This document shows, piece after piece, positions 26,780 through 40,239 of a DNA stretch of 64,000 nucleotides. Origin of the DNA: Eledone cirrhosa (lineage: Eukaryota); contig OZ024740.1 of the NCBI GenBank assembly GCA_964016885.1, forward strand, positions 88,908,001 to 88,972,000. The letters are read 5' to 3'. The stretch's first letter is position 1. Every line of letters begins with the position of its first letter. The notes below the pieces were generated by a model. That model saw only the letters and a list, made by a program, of their open reading frames with translations, ran no database searches and was not told the DNA's origin. A program made the translations under genes and the position numbers.

Positions 26780-29376
26780 GGTGGTTCCGCTTGGTTGTGT
26801 CACTGGGGTGGGTAGGAGAGGTGGCCTCAACCTTTTAGCCTGAGGGCAGAAAGCCCTTAGGTTGGTTCCTTCACCACAAACGACACACCTAAGTCTTCTG
26901 CCCTCGACAATTACCGTGAGGCGGCTGCCGTCAGTGAGGTCCACTTTACAATTGTTTAAAACTTTAACCAAGAGTCGTCGAAAATGGGGGCTAGTGCGCG
27001 CCTGTCGGAAATTCTGGTCTCGCTGACGGCAATCACATCAATTTCCAGAGACCTGAGATCGTTGAGCAGGCGACCCTGCTTCCAGGGTTACCCCAGACCG
27101 CGAACATTTAAACTTCCTACTCTTTATATGGCCATGTTGGCAAGCTAAAAGAGAGAGGGAAGGTTTACTTACCTCCCGGGGTCTTTTGAAGGTCGGGTGG
27201 TTCGACATCCATGGTTGGTGGGGTTTCTTTTGGGAACCCCTTTAAATGTCTCGATGTGGGTTTCACATTCGGGGTTCCCACGTCTTGAGGAAAGCTCTCC
27301 CGAAATTCTTTGATGGAATCGAGCGACATTCGGACCAGAAGCAAATCTTCTGGCATGCAAAATGTGCTCATTTCAAAGATCTCTCCCTCTGTTTGAATGT
27401 CCTCGCTTCATGCTAAGAGGGCCATCAATTTATCGTTGACCCTTCTGACAAGCACGAAGTGTTTAGTATTTTGTTGTTGTGGTTTTATTTATTTTCGTTT
27501 TGGTGACTGTGGTGGTAATGTTTTTGGTGGTGTTGTTTCGGGTATGTCGGTGTTTGTTGTAGGTGTGGTGTCTGCAATTTCAGGTATTTGTGTGTTCATC
27601 TGTTCTTGTATTTGTTTAGGTTGTTTGCGTTTCGGTGATTGTGGGGGTGGTGGTGTTGTTAATGTTATTGGGGAAGTGTTTGCGTTAGTGGTGTCTGTAT
27701 TTTTTGTTGTGTATGTTTTTGTGTTTTGTTGGGGCACTTTTTTGGTGAGTTTTCTCTGTTTTTTGACACTTTGGGGTTTTCCTTCATATTCGCTGCTGGA
27801 AGACAAAGGATCTGTGGCTGTGAGTGTATCCGTGTCTGTGTGTGCGTTTATTGTTTTGTCTATGTGTATAATTGGAGGGGTAGGGGGTGGGAGAGCCTTC
27901 CTCGTTTTCCCCTTGGATTGGTTTTGGTGTTGGTGGTGGTCCGGCTGTTTGATGTTGGTGATGTTACCCGTGTCTTTGTTGGTATTGTTTTTGGTGGTGG
28001 TGGTGGTGCAGCTTTCCCTGCTGACACTAGCGTTGGCAACAAAGGAGGTTTGCGAGCCCCTGTAATTTTGAGCTGAGGGCAGAAGTCGTGCAGATGCGTT
28101 GCTTCCCCGCAGACGAAGCAGTGCGGCTCTCTTGCTCAGTGATTAATTGGATTGTTGTCCCGCCCTGAAGGCGGGAAAAATCAGGGATGTTGTTCATGTC
28201 CTCTGGTTTCATTTGGAGAAGAATCTCCATAGCCTTCCCGGACCAATCTTCTCTCTCTGTCCTTTTGATATCCAGGACGGAAGTGTCTGTCCCCTCCTCG
28301 ATTACTCGTCACAGGAGCCACCATATGTTCATTCCTGGTGGGATCCTGGGAATGCGGACCTTTACTGTTCTTTTGCTCACGTGGGACGAGTGCATGATAA
28401 TGCGTTCCGTTCTGCAGTGGATCACCGAGTGCTTAATAGCAAGGGCCTCGGTTTTGAACAGTACCGTGATGATACTGAACTGCTTGGCTCTTACTTTGTA
28501 CTCGATGTCACTTCCGATACACCCCCAAAGCAGCCTCGACCTCTGCTTGACTGGTGAGCTCCATTTTGCGTGTCTGCACTGAAATGCATCGAATGTACAC
28601 CGTCCTCCTTTGCATGGCCGCTATTCCCCCGTCTGGGATGGTCAGGTTTGCCCAGGACTTTTCTCGTTTAATTAACCTCCACGCCTGGGCCAACTTCTGC
28701 TCCTTATTACTAATATCCACATTGAAAAAGTGCTTTGTTATCGCTGCTGCCGCTGCAAAGGTGAAATCTCCATTGCTCTTGTTGTTGGTGTTGTCGTTCT
28801 TGCTCTTGTTGTTGGTGTTGTTGTTGTTGTTTTGTTTGTTGCTGTTGCCGTTGCCGCCGCCATCAGTGTTTACTTTGTTTACAGTGTTTACATTGAGGCT
28901 GTCGGTGTTATGATCGTTGTTGTTCTGAGTTGTTGTGGTGGTGGCGGTTGTGGAGGTGGTGGCGGCGGTGGAGGTGGTGATGTCATTTTGAGATGGTACT
29001 GCTACTGACTTGTTTCTGTATTCAATGGGATGGGTGACAGGCTTGTCGGTAATAGTAGTAGTAGTTGTGGTGACATTTATCGTAGGTGATTTTTAACTTT
29101 TGACCCGTATGTTGTTTACTGTTTCAAGGTGGAAATTTTCCATTTTCATTTTTTGATCGAGAAGCGATTTTTAAAATAAATATGTAAATCTGAATATAAA
29201 TCTGGATATTCGGGCTTAAAGCCCAATATTGAGAGGTCACCCCCCCCCCCCCCCCTGGAACGAAGGTGGGTACATTATGCTTCGTTATCGACAAGAAAAT
29301 TTAAAAAAAATGATACTTTAAAACAGGTTAAAGTTACGAACCTTTTCCACCGCAGGCTTGCGCGTCTTCACACATG
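26780..29376 (-). mobile_element. L1/Tx1-like LINE 5' part (5'UTR, ORF1, start of ORF2 at 27135) followed by an extra ORF1 zinc-knuckle fragment (26780-26970)
   Basis: CFVCGEATHLHDFC knuckle near 28075-28125; MAI*RVGSLNVRGLG...LLNDLRSLEIDVIAVSET endonuclease start; second knuckle CVVCGEGTNLRAFC. Confidence 0.85.
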
Positions 29377-29592
29377 TAAAGATTTTTATTATTTATATAA
29401 GAAATGAAAAAGAAAAAAGACATAGAGACATATATATATATAAACAATAAAAATGAAAAATTCAAACAATGAAAAATTCCCGAATAGGTGGGAAACCTCC
29501 GAGGGTTACTCGTGGCGAAAACCACACAAAAGACCACGGCCATCCTGACCACCAGGGCAAGCGTCCTCCCTCAATTTTTCCATTCCTAAAAA

Positions 29593-32500
29593 CTACAAGT
29601 GTATATTCAGAGCGGTCCCGTTCACTCGGACTATTCTCGCTACGTTCACACACCTTTCAACAAACTTGCTAGAAGAGAGCAGTTGCCACTCCACCCTGAT
29701 TTTACTCTTCAAGTGAAACTTGAAACAGTTAATCAGGCATTCACCGAAAAGGAAAGTGTCTGCCTTTAACCGATTCAACCTTGTCCACCACACAATCTCT
29801 TTCGCCATGGCCACCAGGCAGATGAAAATCGCCTGCTCTTCCTCCTCGAAGGAAGACGGCGAGACCATATGCACAGTGGACTCATTCGATAACCGGATCG
29901 GTCCTACACGCGACAGCAACTGTTCGACATAGCTCAACATGTCAGCAATCCTCGGGCACTGAACGAGTGCGTGCACAAAGGTTTCGTCGCTCTGCGCGCA
30001 TCTTGGACAGGCTCGGCTGACGGCACTTCCGTGCCTGTAGAGCTTATCTTGAACAGGCAACGCTCCCCGGTAGCACTGCCAGGCAAGGGATTTCTTGAAG
30101 TTATCCATAGGCCCTTAGCTGAAAGTCCTCCGGAAGAGAGCAAACAGCTGATCTTCTTCGACACCCAGGGCCTCTCCAAGTACGTCGTCGCTCTTCCCAT
30201 CCACAAGTCCTCTATAGAACGAAGAGATGTATGCTCCACCGATATTGGTGCCCAGCTGGCAGAGGGCGGTGAGCGCCTGGAGACATTCCAGTTTCCAAGC
30301 GCTATCTCTCGGTCTTTTCCTGACTCAGGACTGCAGTTCCATCAAGGAGACGAGCTGTGGAAAACGTGCCTGGCGAACGGCGACCACACCTGTTCACCGT
30401 CAAGGAAGCACCAGAGATGTCTCAACATCAGCGCATATTTGCGCATCATCAGACATTATATGCCCAGTCCTCCACGCAACGGGTGTTGACAGCAGATGGA
30501 TCGTCTGACAATGGGAGCAAAATGAGGAAGAGGAGGCGCTCCATTTTGGTGAGAGTTGGGCCGGGGAAAGGGACGACGGTGAGGCGGTAGCAGATGACGG
30601 ATGCGATTTACGCATTCTCCACCTCCGCCCATCCTTTCAGGGACAGCTTCCTCTCGCCCTATTTCTGGGTGAGGGAGGCCACCCTGCTCGTTACCTTCCT
30701 CCAGTTTTTCTCCATCTGGAGGTCCGGTCCGAACCAGACCCTGAGCAAGTTAACCGGTCCGTCTGTCCCACACCCCTGGACGGTGTCGGACGGCATGGAA
30801 TTTCCTCTCCAGGTGCCGAGCTGCAAGCCCACCAACTTTTCCTGGATTATCTTTGCTCCTGTCACCGCTTCATATTCCTTAAGAGCGGTGCCGAGCATCT
30901 GGAAGTGTCTGGTGCGCGAGGCCTCTACGGTGAAGTCGTCGGCGTAAGCCGACTCGGATTTCCCGCATCCTAGTTCGCGTTGGGCGCCCCTCATCGACCC
31001 CTAGTTTGTGCAGTAACGGCTCGAAAGTCAAGAGGGACGAGAAGGGACAACTCTGGCGGACGGAGCGCATGAAGCTGAACGGCTGCTACATGTGACCGGT
31101 CACTGTAACAACTGAGCAGATGTCACTGCACATCGCATCGATCCAACCCCTGAAAACCGGCCTGAAACCGGCTGCCTTGAGGAACGCCGCCATGTACCGA
31201 TGGTCAACCGTATCGAATGCTTTGGATTGATCCAAGTTGATCAGGGACCCACCCGTGCCAGGTTCCTTAACCACCCTCTCTACGATGTATCGCATGAGGT
31301 GTAGGTTGTCGTGTATGGATCTGACCGGAATGGGGCATGTCTCTGCCTCTCCCACCAGATCCTCGACGACAAGCGCCAACCTCGTTGCTAATACCTTGGC
31401 CAAAATCTTGAACTCTGCGATTAGCAGAGTTATGGGCCTGAAGTTATCGATAACATCCCCCTCGTTCGGGTCTTTTCTCAGCAGCGCCACCGCTCCCCGG
31501 CTAACAAAAGTGGGAGTGCTCCCGTTCTGCTGCCAGTTCCAGTAGACGTCAGCCAAGAGGTCACCGAACAAAGCTCGTAAGGCCGACCATCCAAACCTGG
31601 AGATTTACCCCTCGTGCAGTTAGCCATCTCTTCCCGTATTTCACCGGTTGTTATTGTCTTTTCGCAATACTGCTGCGCTCGTCGAGAGCCGAGGCAGTCC
31701 GTCGAGGTATGCACTGAAGTCCATACCTCGATCCGGCGCGCCGCTGCTCCTGAACAGTTCAGCAAAGTGCTGCTGATAAGCCTCACACATCTGCTAGGGT
31801 TCGAACATTACGCGCCTGTTTTGGTCAGACAAAGACCGAATAGTGGCTTTGCTGCCACGTCGCGCCTCTGCCACCCGGGCCCATTATACGGCTTTCGACC
31901 CCTCTTGTTTCAGAGCACGTGCTCTAGCTCTGACAAGGCAGCCTTCGTGTTTTGCGTTGAAGAATTGGTCGAGTGCCAATCTCGCCGCAAGCACGTCGGT
32001 TGCGATGCCTGTCCTAAACCCCTCTTCTAGCTTTCTGACTATCTCTCCCTCTACTCTGTTTTCTTCTATCACTATTCCTTTGCTAAACCTAAACAACTCT
32101 ACTTTAATTGCCCTTTTCAGGGCAAACCACCACTTGCTGTTGATGACGGCTCCCGCTTAACTAATACGCTAATCCGGTCTCTGTAGGCTTTGCGCGCCGG
32201 TGAGGACGCGTTCAGCTTCCAGTAACCGGGTCCTTGTCTATGAAGTCTGTCTATGTCGATCTCACAGATCATAAATTTGTGGTCCTTGTAGTCGACTATT
32301 TTAAATTGTTGACAACCTATACTAGCCTTATCTAGTTCCTTGCAGAATACCCTATCTAGATATGATCTGGATGACCCGATGCGGTTTGTCCATGTATACA
32401 TTGGCACATTCGGGTGATCCAGTCGATACCTGTCAGAGAGTTCAAAACGTCTGAGCAGGTTGGTGAGGCTATGTCACCCCCTCCCCATCCACTAGCCCCA

Positions 32501-32902
32501 CACAATCCCAGCGTCATCCAAGATACCGTTCCAGTCGCCCACTAACTCTAAAGAGCGGGACGTTCCAAGAAAGGTCTCTAGACGTCTGAAGAAATCTTGC
32601 CGTCCTGCCCCTGTTGGGGCGTAGACGGCTACTAGCCTGAAAGCGTTCACCTCTAGCACCAGCGACTTACCTTCTGGGTCCAGGAAGATGGTCCGTATGG
32701 CGAGACCCAAGCCTTTCCCAAACAACACAGCCACTCCGCTCCCTGCTCACAGACGGCTCGGAGATGCGTCGTAACCGTCGGTGATCGGTGCGAAAGCTTG
32801 CATTTCTATGTTTAGTGACCTGAGGTCGTTAAGCAAGTGACCCTGCTTCCAAACCGAGCCCAAGCCACGCACGTTTACACTTCCGATCCTGAATACGGCC
32901 AT
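29593..32902 (-). pseudogene. LINE ORF2: APE endonuclease, reverse transcriptase, zf-RVT; multiple frameshifts
   Basis: MAVFRIGSVNVRGL, VAVYAP, VGDWN, SYLDR, DHK, NFRPITL, LDQSKAFD, AYADD and CPRC..SDET..HAL..CP motifs. Confidence 0.92.
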
Positions 32903-32949
32903 GCTACCTTGATCGTCTCATGAAGGGACCGTTGAACCGTCCCTTCGGC

Positions 32950-34735
32950 TGGTCGTCGGCTCTTCTGTGAGTACATCCGAGTATACTCTCCGGTTGAGTG
33001 TCCTTCCTAGATCTCTGAAATTACAACTGCTTTGGGGAATTTCATTTTAATGTTAGTGTACTCTTTCTGTGATATTCTTACCAGTCTTTTGTTCGTTGGT
33101 GTTTTGATTGGTGCTGGCATTATGTAGTCGTGCTGTGAAATGTCTGTGTGTTCATTTATGTAAGTCATAAGTTTCTTCTTGTGTGTATTTATTGCTGTGC
33201 AATTCTCTTTTTGGGGCTAAGGTGGGGTTTTGCTGTTTTCTTGTCGTTGTTGCTGGGTGTGTGTGTTTTGTTATGTTTGCGATGTTGGTGCTTGTGCTGG
33301 TGTTGTTGAAGGTGTTGTTGTTGTTGGCGGTGGGGCCGCCGCCGGTGGTAATGGTAGTGCTAGTGTGGGTAGTGATGGTGTTGGTGGTGTTGCTGCTGTA
33401 AGCCTCTTTGCAGTTGCCTTCACCCATTTTTCATCTCTTCCCTCCCTTTTCGAAGGCGACGATGCACTGCTTCTGCGGTTGTGCCTTCTTGCTACTTTTT
33501 GCCATCCCTCTCCAACCTCACACTCCATGTTCGATTCAGTGAGGTCGGGGAGGGTTACCAGCTCCACTCTTTCACTTGTTCTTGTTGGTGATGGTTGCAG
33601 TGGAGTCTCTGTTGCAGCTGCAGTTGGTGTCACTGTTGTTGTTGATACTTCCACTGCTGCTGCTGTTCTTGATTTCCGTGGCATGGGTATGGGTGCCACG
33701 GACCTGTCCTTCCTGCTTGCCGCCTGTCCTGTTGCTCGTAGTAGTGGAACAGGTTTCTGAAGGAGGGCTTTTCTCCTTTCTGGGGGGCCTTCTCATTGCA
33801 GAATGCCCTGAGGTGAGTCTTCGACCCAGAGCGAAATCATTTCGGGCGTTTGCCCTCAACACTTATGGGAAGTTGAGTGCCGTTATCCAAGTCTATCTCA
33901 TCCAGGATAGCTTCGATGCACTCCCGGTTGGTTTGAATTAACATCTCAATGGAGGTGCCTACCCAATCTTCTCGTACGTTTTTCTGTACTTGCAGTACGT
34001 TTGTTTTGTCCTCGATTCCGGCGAGGACAGACGCGGAAGCCAAGAAGAAACTATCCCGGGGGAGAAGGACTTGGGTCAGTTTAACCCTCACAATTTTTGC
34101 CCGCAGTAAGAGGGCACCAACACCATTTCCTCGCTCCTTGAGGTCACTAAGGATTGAGCCTTTGCCTCCTGGGGTGTGGCAAAAAGCACGTCCACGGTGG
34201 CATATTTCTTTCCTCGGGTGATATGCGTTTTCCGCTGCCACACAGACCCTAAGGCGTTTTGTATTTGAGCCTCTGTGGCTCTTTCAGCCCTACGTAATTT
34301 CGTGCTTATTGTACGGTACGTGACCGTACAGGGCTGTTGGATTTCGAAAAATTCTTCGACTACCTTGCAGATTTCTCGGTGTTCGGTTTTCGTCACCATC
34401 TTCCTTGCTTCCTGTTATCCTTCGTTTGTCATAAGGATGGTTTCCAGCTTCTTTGCGATACCTGCAAACGAAATTGGTTTTTCTTTCTTGTTGTTGTTGT
34501 CGTCAGAGCTGCTGTTACTTTTGTTGTTGCTGCTGGTAATACGACCGCCGCCGCCGCTGCTGCTGTTGCTGTTGTTGTTGTTGTTGCTTCTGCTGCTGCT
34601 GCAGCTGCTGTTGTTGTTGTTGCTGCTGCTGTTGTTGTTGTTTATGCTGCTGCTGATGTTGCGGTTGATACTAGTCTGTTACTCGTCACTGTTGCTGATG
34701 CTGCTATTCTTCATGACGTCAAAAGAAGATTGTTT
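32950..34735 (-). pseudogene. LINE ORF1 with trinucleotide-encoded low-complexity N-terminus, decayed zinc knuckle and Thr/Pro-rich tail
   Basis: Poly N/S/Q tract at 34490-34650; LPISVEGKRPK*FRSGSKTHLRAFC aligns with the knuckles at 28100 and 26860. Confidence 0.75.
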
Positions 34736-35620
34736 TTAGATCTACTACAACTTTCTACGCCAATCATCTATAACCCCAATGATTCACACTCCTACCATTA
34801 TTTCACCTCTCTCCTCCCAGCCACACGAAGCTCTCCATATCCTATTCACAAATTCCTCCATCTTCCTTGGCGCTGTAGCCAGAGCCATGATTTCGACACC
34901 CATTTCTAAAGTATGGGTTCCTGCATTATCCAGCGTGGATATACCCCACCCTGATTCATGCAGCCCTCAACTGCACCCGGATATCCAACCATATTACAAG
35001 TCTCCCAGCGCACCATCGCTTTCTCAACAGTCATCTTCCTTTACCCCATCACCCTAATTTTCCTGAAACATACTCTCCTTTGCTTCCACGACCTCTCTTC
35101 TGACCCCTTCACTTTACGCTTCTTTTCAATCCCACCCATCACATTCTTTAAGCGCACCCGTAATTTTTTAGACCTCCCGGTACAGAGTTCCTTTCTTTCA
35201 GCTCCTACGACTTCACCCGGCTCCCGGGCCTGTTCTCGTACCAGCTTTAACATCTATCCCTGCATTTATAACTTGACCACTCTCACAGCAACTAACGGTT
35301 TAGTCCTTATCCGCGACTCAATCACTCACGTAGTCTATGCCCTCCGGTGTTCACTTTACTGGTCCATATTCATCGGGCAAACAGGGTGCTGTGTGGTGGG
35401 CCGTTTCGCTGAACACTTGAGGGACATACAACTCAACATGAATATTCCTGCTGCGTGTCCTTTCCTTTCCTAGGGGCACCCCTCCCTACATATCTGTCCT
35501 TGGTGCCCTTTACATCAGGTATCACTTGCCTCACCTACGAGGACCGAACAAAGTCTGACCTTGGTCTTCGATCCAGTTTCCCTGATGGACTTAATTCCTC
35601 TCCCCAACTTCTTTAATCTT
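34736..35620 (+). mobile_element. Penelope-like element 3' part (RT thumb + GIY-YIG), Neptune/Poseidon-type, decayed
   Basis: FLDL, Y.P.DSHSY, RCS...DF, HVVYALRC...FIGQTG....RFAEHLRDI and terminal PDGLN. Confidence 0.85.
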
Positions 35621-36480
35621 GTTCACATACGCTCGTTCTTGTTTCTCCACACCGCTTCCACGTCCGCTTAGGTTCTTATGGCTTTTTTATTGTTAGAAGC
35701 GTACACACTCACAGCTTATACAGACTAACATCAAACGCACACACACCTTTACACTTAACTTCACGGCTTTCTACGGACCAACATCTGATACACACCACAC
35801 ACATCCGCTAATATACACACACATATAGTCACAACTTCGTATTTACAAATACACCTATTCACACATACATGCACCCGTAAACCTACACACATGCGCTCAC
35901 GTAAACGCTCTACATATATAGCGTTTTTTTACTTTTTTTATCTTTTCTGCTAGACGCGTTCGGACACCGCCTTTTAAAACAAAATCACCCAAGAGATAGC
36001 AACGGAAATAGAAAGGTATCTTTCACAAGAAATGAAATTTGTATTTCTAATATTGCGAAGTCTCCTCTAAATTTCCTTTCTTCTATAATTTCTCATTCTA
36101 TTTCCCGATGAAAGATTAGCGTCCGAAAAGTGTTTCCTACTATATCAAGAGGAAAACTAATAGTATATTTCTTCATTGCACTATGCTGTTTGACATTTTT
36201 TTTAAATTATGGTGCATGTGCATGCACGCACACACACACACACACTCACATATATATATATGTATATATGTATGTATATATATGTATGTGTGTTTGTCTA
36301 TAGGAGGATAAAGGGGAGGTTGAGTATATGAGCATGTCTCTGTGTGTATGTGTATATATAAGCGAACAGATGCATATTTTTGTTACAAAGGTATGGAAAA
36401 ACATACTCATCGATATCCATACAATATACGAACTAAAATATATACAGATATATGCACACACGCATATATATATACACACA

Positions 36481-36611
36481 TTTATTAAAATAACAGATTA
36501 AAGTTTAAGCAAAGAATCGCTGCTTTCACCCTTAACGGGATTTCCTAAAACTCCCGTTAAGGATGAAAGCAGCGATTCTTTGCTTATATTTTAATCTGAT
36601 GTTTTAATAAA
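36481..36611. repeat. Foldback of the family X terminus (60-bp arms, 11-nt loop)
   Basis: aagcaaagaatcgctgctttcacccttaacggga / tcccgttaaggatgaaagcagcgattctttgctt. Confidence 0.9.
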
Positions 36612-38341
36612 TATTTTCTCTAGGGTTCTTATATATTTGATATATATATTTACCCTTATCGAGCTCTCGTTTCGGCGGGTAGAAAAAGCGAAACGAAATA
36701 TAAATAGAGAGAGAGAGAGAAATATAAATATTTATTTATTTATGTATATATATGTGTGTGTGTGTGTGTTTGCGTTTGCGCTTTTGTATGCGTGCGTGTG
36801 TTAGTGTGCATATATATTTGATTTCGTGTATTGTAAAAATATCTAAGAATATATGTGTTCCATACCTTTGCTACAAAAATATGTACATGTTTGATTATAC
36901 ACACATACACACACACAGAGATTGATAGATAGATAGATAGATAGAGAGAGAGAACGAGAGAGAGGGAGAGGGAGAGAGAGGGAGGGAGAAGGGCGGGTAT
37001 GTGCACACTTCCATCAATACAGGCACAGATATATTTCATCCTGTGTACAGACACGCATACATTTATTTACAATTGTTTGCTAGTGTTTAGAGTATTTGCA
37101 CACAGACCACGTATACGAATAAAGAACAATAAAAATCAATACGTCTAGCTTTCCCATTTAGCCCCAAACTGTGAAATTAAACGTATAAGCACACTAATGC
37201 AGTTTACCATGTCTATAAGCTACGGTATAGAGAAATCATACAACGTTGCAATAGTCATTATTGGAAGTTGTTTGTCCAAAGGGAATACATGCTGTTTATT
37301 CTAAATACTTTATTCCGTGTGTATCTTTCACAAACTGCTGTTTATATTTATCTTGTTATCTTTTTACACTAAATATCTTGAACAGGAATTTTTGTATATT
37401 TTATTCTAAGTAAGACAAAATAATGCCAGGATCAATTACGTAATGGCGCTTAGCAAATGGGAACATCTGTACATACGAGTTAATGAGTCAGCGATATTTC
37501 ATGAAATGCAAATCCATGGAAACTGTTTCAATTTTAGCTGGGAGCAATGTTTCATTTGAACTTAGAGAATTATTTATATGATCTCTTCACTGCAGTAGGC
37601 CATGACACCACTTCAAAATGCTTGCGTCTATTTGTGTTTCCTTCATATAAATGGATGTGTATTCTGCAGCTGAAAATCTTTCTTCGCGAAATCATAATGG
37701 TTCATAAGTTGCCTTATGTTGATTGTTTCCTTATATGAATTCCCTTACTCAATAACGGATATAAATTTTCCCAGGTTACAGGGGAAAATGTGGAGAACCA
37801 ATACGCCTGTTTTAGTGTGTGATAGATTTTCACTTGTCTGCTTTCCGAGTTCAAACCCTACCGAGTATAACATTGCATTCATCGTTTTAGGACAAATAAA
37901 TGAGGTATGATTCCAGAGCAGTAAATTAGTGAAATCATATGCAATTATAAATGATTATAAAACTATAATTATGGGGAGATGATTGTGACTGCCTGTTGTA
38001 GCAGCTGAAAGATGATGTTGGTCCACAAGGTCAAAATAATTTCACGTTTATCTTTAATGTTTAGCATTCAATACGTATGTTAATTTTGTTGTTTCAATGA
38101 AGAAAATATTTTGTAAGAGGCATTTCAGACACCCCAATTCCTCCGTTTTCGAGGCCTAACAAATAAAGACCGGAACGACAGTTGTATGTCATTTGAAAGC
38201 GGTATGGTTGAAAGTCTGTTCAGTTCAATCTACTACGATTAGGCTTCCTAGTTTTTGCTTTAAATAATATCGTACAACATGCTGTCTTTCCAAATACAAT
38301 CTCATCCATCATGGTAGTTTATGTTCTAGCTTAATTATATT

Positions 38342-38343
<2 letters not shown>

Positions 38344-38406
<63 letters not shown>
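38344..38406. repeat. (CT)n microsatellite
   Basis: Pure dinucleotide tract. Confidence 0.95.
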
Positions 38407-38409
<3 letters not shown>

Positions 38410-38452
38410 GAATTACGCCGTACAGTGTTCAGGCAACCATCATCACCTTTTT

Positions 38453-38539
38453 GTTCAACTCTGACACAGGAACGATGTACTAGTTTCAAGCTTATTAGCT
38501 ATCGTCAGCATCGTATACCTTTCTGTCAGATGGTTGAAC
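38453..38539 (-). ncRNA. Type I hammerhead ribozyme, intact core, palindromic minimal stem III, extended stem I
   Basis: Minus strand: acgatg-CTGACGA-t-agct-aata-agct-t-GAAA-ctag-TA-catcgt; stem I extends via agg/cct, tctgaca/tgtcaga and gttcaac/gttgaac. Confidence 0.85.
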
Positions 38540-39030
38540 GTCTGAAAGTATATACTTTCCTTATGCATATTAACGGCTGAGCAGCCTAATTTGCATATCG
38601 AGTGAGTTAGTCGGCCGGGCGCACCGAAAACGAAACGAAATTTCCTTTCTCACATGTATGTGTATATATACATACTACTGTACGTCTGTATACATATATG
38701 TATGTACGTATACATACATACTTACATTTAAGTACCAGCCGTACTAAGAGTGAGAAATGAAATTTCTTTCATTCTTTTCCATTTATATATATATATACAC
38801 ATTTTAGTACAGCATTAAAGGAGCTTTAGGCTGCGGCTAAGCTAACGAATGCAAATTCGGAATGTAGCATTAGCACTCGAAGGAGAATAATACCCCAGAG
38901 TTATAACAATACGTTTAGACAGCTATGCAAATCAAATATAGCGATCGGCAGTCCAGCCGCATTGCCATAGCAACGAAGAAGCTGGGACTCAGGAAAAGAT
39001 TTTTGACTGACCTGGACCATCATGCGGAGA

Positions 39031-39079
<49 letters not shown>

Positions 39080-39088
39080 TATATGTAT

Positions 39089-39134
<46 letters not shown>

Positions 39135-39158
39135 GTATACACACACACACACACACAC

Positions 39159-39239
<81 letters not shown>

Positions 39240-39945
39240 CGCGCAAACATAAACACTCAAATACTCTATTTCTTACCGTTGTCCGGTAACCTTCTGAGTG
39301 GTAAGATTAATTAGGATTGATACCAACACAGTATATTAATGAATTTTCCCAACCTGAAATAATGAAATTCAAATACTAAAATGCTTTTAGACCGGTATTC
39401 AACTGTATCGAACATAATTACTTGCTTTGACATACTCAATACCAAGCAGGATGGAATTTCCGTGAAATAATTGATTCTCAGTGAATACTATGCTAGGCAA
39501 TGGAATACTAATATATATCTTAACTTCTGCTAGTTTACATATAATCGGATTAATAATTCCTATATAAATACTACTGTCACTTTATCCACTTCTGTATTTC
39601 ATCTGTACCATCTTCCTTCATTTTGCAAGCAGGAATATGTACATAAGTGTGTATGTGCGTATGTTTGTGTTCATGCGAGTGGATTATTTTACATGTATTT
39701 GTAACCAAGTTTTAAATAATTGTACAGAACCATTACATGGTTTCTCTGTAGTTTGTTTAGTTTGTGTAATCATTTCCGTGAAGGTTTCAGATATGTACGT
39801 TTGCATATGAAATGTTGATTTTCATATTCACACACATACAGAACAACTAACGGCATTATACATACACGTACATTCAAATACTAACACATGCACACTTACA
39901 CTCCCATGGGCAAATAAACACAAACACATAGGCAGAAACACACAC

Positions 39946-39976
<31 letters not shown>

Positions 39977-40110
39977 TGTATGTATGTATGTATGTATGTA
40001 TGTATGTATGTATGTATGTATGTATGTATGTATGTGTATATATGTGGGTGTATATATATGTATATGTGTGTATGTCTGCGTGAGTGTGTGCATGTCTGTG
40101 TGTTTTAACG

Positions 40111-40144
<34 letters not shown>

Positions 40145-40239
40145 ACGAAGGAAATGTGGTAAGGAACCAGGTGGACCATAACGCACCAAAGTACTCAATA
40201 CTTGAGGTAGTAGAGTGGGTATATATATATATATATATA

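Larger units (their letters stand above)
29377..34735 (-). mobile_element. Near full-length L1/Tx1-like LINE, pseudogenised
   Basis: ORF1, then APE-RT-zf ORF2, 3'UTR and AATAAA at 29385-29390 on the minus strand. Confidence 0.93.

Noticed and set aside
27397-28065. 222-aa hydrophobic plus-strand ORF (also 33183-34909)
   Set aside because: Antisense shadow of the Thr/Asn/Pro-rich LINE ORF1 on the minus strand
35948-36150. Two hammerhead-like relics after the GIY-YIG PLE (minus gaa-cgcg-tc with tgcta/tagca; plus ccgatga...gaaa)
   Set aside because: Cores too degenerate to call
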